A stretch of 64,000 bases of DNA from Bacillota bacterium (GTDB lineage Bacteria; Bacillota; Dethiobacteria; DTU022), in contig JBNJHN010000003.1 of NCBI GenBank assembly GCA_051748565.1, positions 9,596 to 73,595 on the forward strand. The letters run 5' to 3'. The position numbers and the translations under genes are program-made. Positions 9,180-17,568 of the stretch are shown piece by piece. Every line of letters begins with the position of its first letter. The stretch's first letter is position 1. The notes below the pieces were generated by a model. The model had not been told where the DNA came from. It saw only the letters and a list, made by a program, of their open reading frames with translations, and searched no databases.

Positions 9180-10331
9180 GTGGATACTGAAGCCCCGATT
9201 AAAGAGGTTATAGAGGAGATAAAAGAATTTGGTGGCGACGCTGTAAAATTTTGTTATCAATGTGGAAAATGCGATACAGTATGTCCCTGGAATAAAGTTA
9301 CAAAATTTAGCATACGCAAGTTGATACGTGAGGCTACTTTTGGCATACCGGAAGTAGAGCTTGAAGAAGTCTGGCGCTGTACTACCTGTGGTAAATGCCC
9401 CCAGGAATGTCCCAGGGACGTAAAGCAAGTAGATGATGTTGTGGCCATGCGCAGGATAGCCGCGGAATATGGTGTATCTTCAACCCTGCTGAAACCTGTT
9501 CGTTCAGCAAGCGCAAGCCTTGCCGCTGAAGGTAATCCCGTTGTCCAGGATCGATCCAGGAGGACTGAATGGGCAGAAGGTCTGAATATAAAACCATTCA
9601 CAGAAGAAATGGAAATTCTTTATTTCTCCTGCTGCTATGTCTGTTATGATCAGAGATTGAAGGAAATTGGTCAGGCCACGGTCAGGCTTCTTAATAAAGC
9701 TGAAGTCGATTTCGGCACACTGGGCACCCTGGAGAACTGTTGTGGAGAAAGTATCCGTAAAACAGGCAATGAAGAAATTTTTAAAAGTCTGGCCAGAGAA
9801 AATATTAAAACCTTTATAGAACACGGGGTCAAGAAAATTCTCGTTTCTTCTCCACATTGCTACCATACTTTTAAGAACGAATATCCTGAATTCAAAGCGA
9901 ATTTTGAAGTGGTTCACATTACCCAGTATTTGCACGATCTAGTTAACGAGGGAAGACTTCAGATCAATAAGGAGTATGAAAAGAAAGTAACCTATCATGA
10001 TCCCTGTTATCTGGGCCGGCATAACGGTATTTATGACATTCCGCGGGAAATTTTAAAAAAGATACCCGGCCTGGAACTAAACGAGATGGCCGAATCGCGT
10101 GAAGACAGTTTATGCTGCGGGATGGGTGGAGGCAGGATTTGGATCGATACCAAGATGCCTGAGAGATTCTCCAATATCAGGATTCAAGATGCAATCAATC
10201 TTGGAGCCGAAGTCCTTGTCACCTCTTGCCCTTATTGTGTTGATGCTCTCGAGGAAAGCAGATCGGGGTTAAACCTGGAAAGTGCTATAGAGATAAAAGA
10301 TATCACGGAAATACTCCAGGAAGTGATCTGA
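9180..10331 (+). CDS. bamD: HdrD-like heterodisulfide-reductase-type protein with a ferredoxin domain and two CCG Cys-rich domains, BamD-like
   Basis: CYQCGKCDTVCP and CTTCGKCPQECP motifs are followed by CCG-type motifs (CCGESI, CCGMGGG). The GTG start lies 11 nt after AAAGGTGGGG. Confidence 0.75.
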   Translation: MDTEAPIKEVIEEIKEFGGDAVKFCYQCGKCDTVCPWNKVTKFSIRKLIREATFGIPEVELEEVWRCTTCGKCPQECPRDVKQVDDVVAMRRIAAEYGVSSTLLKPVRSASASLAAEGNPVVQDRSRRTEWAEGLNIKPFTEEMEILYFSCCYVCYDQRLKEIGQATVRLLNKAEVDFGTLGTLENCCGESIRKTGNEEIFKSLARENIKTFIEHGVKKILVSSPHCYHTFKNEYPEFKANFEVVHITQYLHDLVNEGRLQINKEYEKKVTYHDPCYLGRHNGIYDIPREILKKIPGLELNEMAESREDSLCCGMGGGRIWIDTKMPERFSNIRIQDAINLGAEVLVTSCPYCVDALEESRSGLNLESAIEIKDITEILQEVI

Positions 10332-10400
10332 GGTGCGAAAGATTAAATGTACTGCAATAGAATAGCGGGTTTGATATAAAACCTGATGAGGTGATAGAAA

Positions 10401-13400
10401 GTGGAAAATAAATTGGAAATAAATAGCGGGCAACTTGTCAGAAACCTTGCAGGCAGTAATTTTGGAGATGTAATGGTTGTAGGTGGAGGGGTCAGCGGCA
10501 TCCAGTCATCCTTAGATCTTGCTGCTGCCGGTTTTAAGGTTTATCTTGTTGACAGCGCCCCTGCTATTGGCGGCCATATGGCCCAGCTGGATAAGACCTT
10601 TCCGACCAATGATTGCTCTATGTGAATACTCTCACCCAAACTGGTCGAGGTCGACCGGAATACCAATATTGAGGTCCTTTCCTATACTGAAGTGGATAGT
10701 GTGGAAGGCGAAGCGGGGAACTTTAAAGTAACCCTGAGGAAAAAACCCAGGTATGTATTAGAAGACAAGTGCACCGGCTGCACTGTCTGCGTTGAGTATT
10801 GTCCTGTAAAGTACCCTGATAAATTTAATCAGGATATATCGAAGAATAAAGCGATTCATATATACTATTCTCAGGCAATCCCCCTGATCACCTATATAGA
10901 TGAAAGCTGCATTTACCTGAAAGAGAAAAAGTGTCGCATCTGTGAGGCAGTATGTAAAAACGAGGCAATAGATTTTAATCAGACCGAAGAGAAGGTGGAA
11001 ATAAAAGTCGGGGCTGTAGTTCTGGCTCCGGGTTATGAACCATTTGATCCGGGCATAAGAGAGGACTATGGCTACGGTAAGTTCGAGAATGTGATAACCA
11101 GCATGGATTATGAACGGTTGACGGATTCCACGGGTCCTTATGAAGGCCAGGTCCTGCGCCCTTCCGATATGAAGCATCCCCATAAAGTAGCCTGGATCCA
11201 GTGTGTCGGTTCCAGGCAGGTTAACCCACCGGGCGCGAAAAGCTATTGTTCCTCGGTCTGCTGCACCTATACGCAGAAACAGGTAATATTAACAAAAGAA
11301 CATGACCCTGAATCTGAATGTGTCGTATTCCATAATGACATTCGATCCTACGGCAAAGATTTCGAGCGATTTTATAAAAGGGCAGAGGATCTGCCCGGGG
11401 TTCAATTTATCAGAAGCTATCCGTCGGTGGTAAAGGAAGATCCGGAAACCAGGAGTGTTACGATAAAATATGCAACCAATGATGACGGTGTGAAGGAAGA
11501 AGAATTTGACATGGTTGTATTATCGGTCGGGTTAAATCCACCCGCTGATTTTGAGAAACTGGCTGATAAGTTTGGTATTGAATTAAATGATCATGGCTTC
11601 TGCAAAACTAATCCTGTAAATACAATGCAGACTTCCCGCCCGGGATTATTTATCAGCGGCGCTTTCCAGGGTCCGTTAGATATCCCCGAATCTGTTGTAA
11701 CTGCGAGCGGCGCAGGGTCTCAGTGTGGCGAGCTTCTTAATTACAGGAGAGGGGATCTCTCCAAAGAAAGGGTATATCCTCCGGAAAGGGATGTTTCTTC
11801 AGAAGAACCCAGAATCGGCGTTTTTGTATGTCACTGTGGAGCGAATATCGGCAGGGTGGTTGATGTTCCTTCCAATGTTGAATATTCCTTAACCCTGCCC
11901 AACGTTGTCTATGCCCAGGAACAGCTTTTTTCATGTGCAACTAATTGTGCCGAAGAAATTACTGAGAAGATAAAAGAGAAAGAGCTAAACCGCGTAATCG
12001 TTGCCGCCTGTTCTCCGAGGACACTTGAAATGTTATTCCGGGATACACTTCGGGAGGCGGGGCTGAATCAATACTACTATGAAATGGCCAATATCAGGGA
12101 ACATTGCTCCTGGGTTCACCCCAAAGAAAAAGATAAAGCTACTCAAAAATCCAAGGATATTATTCGAATGGCAGTAGCCCGTGCCCGCCACCTGGAGCCG
12201 TTAATGGAGATAGATCTGCCGGTTGATAAAAGGGCTCTGGTGGTTGGTGGAGGAATTGCCGGCATGACCTGTGCACTCTCTATTGCCGCTCAGGGGCATG
12301 AAGTGCACCTGGTGGAAAAGGATAAAAACCTGGGAGGAACAGCAAGGAAAATATATGATACCCTGGAAGGGCTTGATGTTCAGACCTATTTACGCGACAT
12401 GATCGGCAAAGTTTATCAAAACCCCCTGATCCATGTTTATACCGATGCTGCAATCAAACAGAACACAGGGTATATTGGAAATTTTATTACCAGGGTGGAG
12501 ATTGATGGAAGAATAGCAGAAATTAAGCATGGAGCAACTGTGATTGCCACGGGTGCTGATGTTTATACACCCAGCGAATACCTTTATGGTAAAGATGACA
12601 GGGTTCTGACCCATCTCGAGTTGGAAGAAAAGATTGTTGAAGAAGATGAAAAAGTTATTAATGCTGAAAACCTGGTTATGATTCAGTGCGTGGGTTGCAG
12701 AAATGAAGACAGGGATTATTGTAGTCGAATCTGCTGTAACGAATCCGTAAAAAACGCCCTGAAGCTAAAAGAGAAAAACCCGCAGATGGATATCTATATT
12801 CTCTTCAGGGACATGAGAACCTATGGTTATAATGAAGATTTTTACAGGGCTGCGGCGGATAAAGATATCAAATTTATTCGTTACGAACCTGAAGAAGAAC
12901 CACAGATTGAAGCTGCTGAGGGAGAAAACGGGCCTGTTTTAAGGGTTACCCTGCCCGATTATGTTTTAGAGAAAAAACTTGAAATAGATGCTGATATTAT
13001 TGCACTGGCTGCTGCTGTTATTCCTTCTGCAGGGGCTAAAGAAATAGAAAGCTTATTCAAGGTTGGCTTGAACCAGGATGGTTTCTTTAAAGAGGCCCAT
13101 GTTAAATTAAGGCCGGTTGAATTTGCTGCAGACGGTGTTTATCTTTGTGGCTTGGCACACTATCCAAAGCTGATTTCAGAGACGGTCAGCCAGGCTTATG
13201 GTGCCGCGGGCCGGGTTTTAACCCTTCTTTCAAAAGATATCGTGACCGCTTCCGGCTCTATATGTGAGGTTGAAGAAGAAAAGTGTGTTTCCTGTGGAGC
13301 ATGTATTGCAGCCTGTACCTACGGTGCCATAGAATTCCGGGAAACAGAAATGGGTATTAAAGCTTTTGTCAATCCTGTTCTTTGTAAAGGTGACGGAGTC

Positions 13401-13526
13401 TGCAATGCAGTTTGCCCGACAGGGGCCATACAACTTAAGCACTTTACCGACAAAGAACTCTTGAGTCAAATCGATGCTGCAATACCGGAAGAAGAAGTCA
13501 TAAAGAAAATTGAAGCGCTGGTTTAG
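10401..13526 (+). CDS. bamE: HdrA-like FAD/FeS flavoprotein, BamE-like, with in-frame UGA (selenocysteine) at 10623-10625
   Basis: The track ORFs 10401-10625 and 10692-13526 are in the same frame and separated only by TGA. The reading is ...[23 protein letters not shown]..., which puts the UGA at the conserved HdrA Cys. Also present are an N-terminal FAD motif [10 protein letters not shown], a second GGGIAG motif, and several CxxCxxCxxxCP ferredoxin motifs. Confidence 0.8.
10641..10658 (+). other. Candidate bacterial SECIS hairpin 15 nt downstream of the bamE UGA
   Basis: ctGGTCGaggtCGACCgg forms a 5-7 bp stem with a small G-containing loop at the spacing expected for SelB-dependent recoding. 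Confidence 0.4.
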
Positions 13527-13671
13527 AACTTTTGGCAATACAAAATGTTTAGTTACTCAATTTAATATAAATCAAAATAAAATTTCTATTTCACCATAGC
13601 AAGGGAAATGAGTCTTTGGAAGTTTTTAAAAAATATATTTAAACGTATTAGAAACACAGGAGGTGTGGCGA

Positions 13672-14439
13672 ATGAGTACAGAAATGACTTTTAAACCAAG
13701 CATTATTGGTTTTGTATGTCAGTGGTGAGGATATGGAGCTGCGGATCTGGCTGGAGTTTCCAGACTACAATATACAACTGAAATCAGGCTTATTCGCGTT
13801 ATGTGCACCGGTAGAATCGACCTCGCACATATAATTAGGGCTTTCTCAAATGGGATAGATGGTGTTTTTATTGGTGGTTGTCGTTTAAATGAATGTAATT
13901 ATATTACTCACGGAAATTTTCATGCACTAAATATTGTGCTTCTTTGTAAGAAAATGATGGAATACATCGGTCTGAATCCCGAACGTTTGAGGATTGAGTT
14001 TATGTCATCCGGGGAGGGGAATCTTTTTGCCGAAGTTGTCGATGATTTTGTAGAGACAGTCAGGGAGACAGGCCCTCTTGGAAAAAGTGAGGGAATTGAT
14101 GAAACTGGATTAAAAGTAAATCTTAAAGCTATAACCAGCTTAATCCCCTATATCAGGCTGGTGGAAAGTGAAAGGCTAAGAGGGCACTTTGGAACATTAG
14201 CAGAGTTCAGGGACTTTTATTCCAGCGAAGAATTTGAAAGGCTCTTCCAGGAGCTGATCGCAGATAAACTGGCAATCAGCCAAATTATGATGCTCCTGCG
14301 GGAAAAACCCCTGTCTACGGGAGAAATCTCTGAGATACTGGGTCTTTCCCCGTCTGAAATATCAAAACACCTGAATAGTTCAGCAAAGCTTGGCCTGGTC
14401 AGGTATGAGGAAAATGAGAAGCGCTTTGCTTCTGTCTGA
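13672..14439 (+). CDS. bamF: MvhD/FlpD-like (methyl-viologen-reducing hydrogenase delta subunit family) protein, BamF-like, with in-frame UGA (selenocysteine) at 13726-13728
   Basis: The ATG at 13672 follows AGGAGGTG. Translation [53 protein letters not shown] places the UGA at the second Cys of the conserved CxWC..GADLAG MvhD motif. It is in frame with the track ORF 13801-14439. Confidence 0.75.
13746..13764 (+). other. Candidate SECIS hairpin about 18 nt downstream of the bamF UGA
   Basis: tCTGGAgttTCCAGa forms a 5-bp stem with a 3-nt loop. An alternative pairing is tctgg/ccaga with a 9-nt loop. Confidence 0.35.
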
Positions 14440-14487
14440 TACTAATCAGCAATCAGCATGGTGAAGGGGGATCGCGGGGCAGAGGCC

Positions 14488-14940
14488 ATGGATAATACCA
14501 GAATTGATCAAATCGTTGAAAAATATGACTGTGAAGCCAGTTCGCTCATCCAGGTATTATTGGAAATTCAGAGTGAAAACCGCTGGCTTCCAAAGCAGGT
14601 ATTGGAGAGGATTAGCGAAAGGCTAGAGGTGCCTTTGGCCAGAATACAGCACATTGCTACTTTTTATAAGGCATTTAGTTTAGTTCCGAAGGGCCGTCAT
14701 GAAATACATATTTGCATGGGTACCGCCTGTCATGTCCGTGGTGCGCAACTTGTCCTCGACAAAGTTCAAGACCTGACCGGTATTAACCCTGGCGAAACAG
14801 ACCTGGATCTCAAATTCAGCCTGGAGACGGTTAACTGTCTTGGTTGTTGTGCTTTAGGCCCGGTGATGGAAATTAATGGGCAAATTCACGGGAAGATATC
14901 ACCGGCCGAGACAGCAGATGCCCTAAAAAAATACGACTGA
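14488..14940 (+). CDS. bamG: NuoE-like 2Fe-2S thioredoxin-fold ferredoxin, BamG-like
   Basis: Cys pattern CMGTACHVRG ... CLGCCALGP is typical of NuoE/HoxE. The ATG at 14488 follows GGGGCAGAGG. The upstream in-frame ATG at 14458 has no RBS. Confidence 0.75.
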   Translation: MDNTRIDQIVEKYDCEASSLIQVLLEIQSENRWLPKQVLERISERLEVPLARIQHIATFYKAFSLVPKGRHEIHICMGTACHVRGAQLVLDKVQDLTGINPGETDLDLKFSLETVNCLGCCALGPVMEINGQIHGKISPAETADALKKYD

Positions 14941-14962
14941 GGGAAGATTGTGAGGGAAGATT

Positions 14963-16885
14963 ATGCCACGGATAAACTCACCTGCTGAACTGGAAGCAAT
15001 CAGAAAGGAATTACTGTCTCAACGAGATCCCGACAAACGGACTATTACGCTTTGCTCCGGTTCTGCCTGCCACGCAACGGGCAGCAGGTTGGTAGCTGAG
15101 AGTATCGAAGAAGAGATAAAAAAACAGGGTTTAACTGATCAAGTCGATATAAGGAAGACTGGTTGCCATGGTTTTTGTGAGAGAGGTCCGATCATAGTTA
15201 TCCACCCCGATGAAATATGCTACTTACAGATTAAGCCCGATGATGTTCCTGAAATTATTTCTGAGACGATCAAAGAAAATAGGATCATAGAGCGTTTACT
15301 TTATAAAGATCCCGCTACAGAGGAAGAGATAATTCATGAACATGAAATTCCCTTCTACAAGAACCAGAAAAGGCTTCTTTTCGGGGCCAATATTACAATA
15401 GATCCCAAAAGTATTGAAGACTACCTGGCTATTGGCGGTTATTCTGCGCTGGTTAAAGTTCTTTTTGAAATGAATCCTGAACAGGTTTTGGAAGAAATTA
15501 AAAAATCTAACCTGAGGGGCAGAGGTGGCGGCGGCTTTCCGGCAGGGATAAAATGGGAAGGCTCCCGTAATGCACCGGATGATAAGAAATATGTAATAGT
15601 AAATGCGGACGAAGGTGACCCCGGAGCCTACATGGATAGAAGTTTACTCGAAGGCAATCCTCATTCAGTTCTTGAGGGGCTGGCGATTGGAGCTTATACC
15701 ATTGGCGCAGAGGAGGGTTATATTTACGTTCGGCAGGAATACCCGCTGGCAGTAGAAAATATTGGTATTGCGATCAGCCAGGCTGAGGAATATGGATTCC
15801 TGGGGGATAATATTCTCGGCTCAGGCTTTAATTTCAAAGTTATTGTGCACCAGGGGGCAGGCGCGTTTGTCTGCGGCGAGTCTAGCGCTTTAATGACGGC
15901 TTTGGAAGGCAGGGCAGGTGAACCAAGGCCGAAGTATATCCGTTCAAACATCAAGGGCCTATGGGAAAAACCTACTGTTTTGAATAATGTTGAAACCTGG
16001 GCCAATGTTCCATTAATTATCAATAACGGTGCCGATTGGTTTACACAATATGGAACGGAAAAAAGCAAGGGTACAAAGATTTTTTCATTGGTAGGCAAAA
16101 TAAACAATACCGGTCTTGTAGAAGTAGCGATGGGTATGACCCTGCGAGATATTATTTTCAAAATAGGTGGCGGAATCCCCGGAGACAAGAAGTTTAAAGC
16201 AGTACAGACTGGCGGGCCGTCCGGCGGCTGCCTGCCAGCAGATTTATTAGATTTGGAAGTAGGTTTTGATGAGCTTACCCAGGCCGGCTCGATGATGGGT
16301 TCCGGGGGTATGATTGTCATGGATGAAGATACCTGCATGGTTGATGTGGCCAGGTATTTCCTTGATTTTCTCGCTGATGAATCGTGCGGTAAATGTGTCC
16401 CCTGCCGCGAAGGTGTCAAACAGATGCTGAACATTTTGACTAATATTACCCGGGGTAAGGGTAAGGAGGGTGATATTGAGCTTTTGGAGGAGCTGGCGGA
16501 GGTGGCCAGAGAGGGAGCACTCTGTGCTTTGGGTCAGACTGCGCCAAATCCGTTTATAAGTACATTAAAGTATTTTAAAGATGAGTATGAAGCACATATC
16601 AATGAAAAGAAGTGCCCGGCACTATATTGCAAAGAGCTTATTGACTACTATATTGATCCGGAAAAATGCCGGGCCTGTATGATTTGTCTCAAACAGTGTC
16701 CCGCAGATGCAATTATAGGGGAAAAGAAAAAGATCCATATAATAGACCAGGAGAAATGCACGAAGTGCAATACTTGTTTTGAGGTTTGTCCACCCCGTTT
16801 TAATGCGGTGAAGAAAATATCCGGTGAACCTGTCCCGCCTCCAATTTCCGAAGAAGAAAGAGTTATCACCAGGGGGAATAATTAA
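14963..16885 (+). CDS. bamH: NuoF-like NAD(P)H-binding FMN/4Fe-4S flavoprotein with extra N-terminal thioredoxin-like and C-terminal 2x[4Fe-4S] domains, BamH-like
   Basis: 640 aa. Contains the GRGGGGFPAGIKW FMN/NADH motif, the SLBB domain, CGKCVPCREG, and the C-terminal CRACMICLKQCP and CTKCNTCFEVCP motifs. Confidence 0.85.
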   Translation: MPRINSPAELEAIRKELLSQRDPDKRTITLCSGSACHATGSRLVAESIEEEIKKQGLTDQVDIRKTGCHGFCERGPIIVIHPDEICYLQIKPDDVPEIISETIKENRIIERLLYKDPATEEEIIHEHEIPFYKNQKRLLFGANITIDPKSIEDYLAIGGYSALVKVLFEMNPEQVLEEIKKSNLRGRGGGGFPAGIKWEGSRNAPDDKKYVIVNADEGDPGAYMDRSLLEGNPHSVLEGLAIGAYTIGAEEGYIYVRQEYPLAVENIGIAISQAEEYGFLGDNILGSGFNFKVIVHQGAGAFVCGESSALMTALEGRAGEPRPKYIRSNIKGLWEKPTVLNNVETWANVPLIINNGADWFTQYGTEKSKGTKIFSLVGKINNTGLVEVAMGMTLRDIIFKIGGGIPGDKKFKAVQTGGPSGGCLPADLLDLEVGFDELTQAGSMMGSGGMIVMDEDTCMVDVARYFLDFLADESCGKCVPCREGVKQMLNILTNITRGKGKEGDIELLEELAEVAREGALCALGQTAPNPFISTLKYFKDEYEAHINEKKCPALYCKELIDYYIDPEKCRACMICLKQCPADAIIGEKKKIHIIDQEKCTKCNTCFEVCPPRFNAVKKISGEPVPPPISEEERVITRGNN

Positions 16886-16887
16886 CA

Positions 16888-17499
16888 ATGAGTAAAATTT
16901 TATTGACTATTGATGGCAAAGAGGTTGAAGCAAATGATGATATGACTATATTGGAAGCGGCACAAAGTATAGGTATAGTTATACCTACACTTTGTCACCA
17001 CGAGAAGTTAGAACCTTATGGGGGGTGTCGGGTTTGCACAGTTGAGGTAGAATCAAATGGCAGGACTAAGCTGGTTGCAGCCTGTGTTTATCCGGCAGAG
17101 CGTAATTTAACTGTTATAACCAGGTCCGAAAAGATAGACAGAATTCGCAAAATGATCTTACAGCTATTGCTTTCTCATGCCCCGGATTCCGAGCAGCTGC
17201 AGGATTTGGCCAAGGAGTATGGCGCAGATAGTAATCGCTTTGAAAAAGAGGCTTCATTTTGCATACATTGTGGTTTATGTGTAAGGTACTGCAACGAAAT
17301 AAAAAAGAAGGATGCTGTCGGATTTATCAACAGAGGTGCCAGAAGAGAGATAAACTTTATCCCGGAGGTTGCCTCCAAAGAATGCTGGCATTGCAAAGAA
17401 TGTTTCCCACTCTGTCCCACAGCGGCACTTCAGGCAGCTTATGTTTTCACTGAAGCCCTTGTGGCTTCTAAAGCTCCTTTTGAAACTGAATCTGATTGA
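16888..17499 (+). CDS. bamI: NuoG N-terminal-like 2Fe-2S/4Fe-4S ferredoxin, BamI-like
   Basis: 203 aa. A 2Fe-2S fold (CHHEKLEPYGGCRVCTVEV) is followed by CIHCGLCVRYCN and CWHCKECFPLCP. Confidence 0.7.
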   Translation: MSKILLTIDGKEVEANDDMTILEAAQSIGIVIPTLCHHEKLEPYGGCRVCTVEVESNGRTKLVAACVYPAERNLTVITRSEKIDRIRKMILQLLLSHAPDSEQLQDLAKEYGADSNRFEKEASFCIHCGLCVRYCNEIKKKDAVGFINRGARREINFIPEVASKECWHCKECFPLCPTAALQAAYVFTEALVASKAPFETESD

Positions 17500-17568
17500 T
17501 GAAGCTTCAAGCTGCCCCGACTAATCCTGCACGATCTTCAGAATGGTATTCCTGATTTTTTGCAGTTA

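Noticed and set aside
10519-10731. 70-aa + strand ORF overlapping the bamE UGA region in another frame
   Set aside because: It lies entirely inside the bamE reading frame, has no RBS and has low-complexity composition, so it is spurious.
10401-13526. Interpretation of bamE as a disrupted gene (two ORFs, 10401-10625 and 10692-13526)
   Set aside because: Both pieces are in the same frame and separated by a single TGA that aligns to a conserved HdrA Cys, and a hairpin follows. Selenocysteine read-through is the better explanation.
15724-16434. 236-aa antisense ORF inside bamH
   Set aside because: It is antisense to the highly conserved NuoF-like gene, and its Ser/Pro-rich composition is typical of a shadow ORF.
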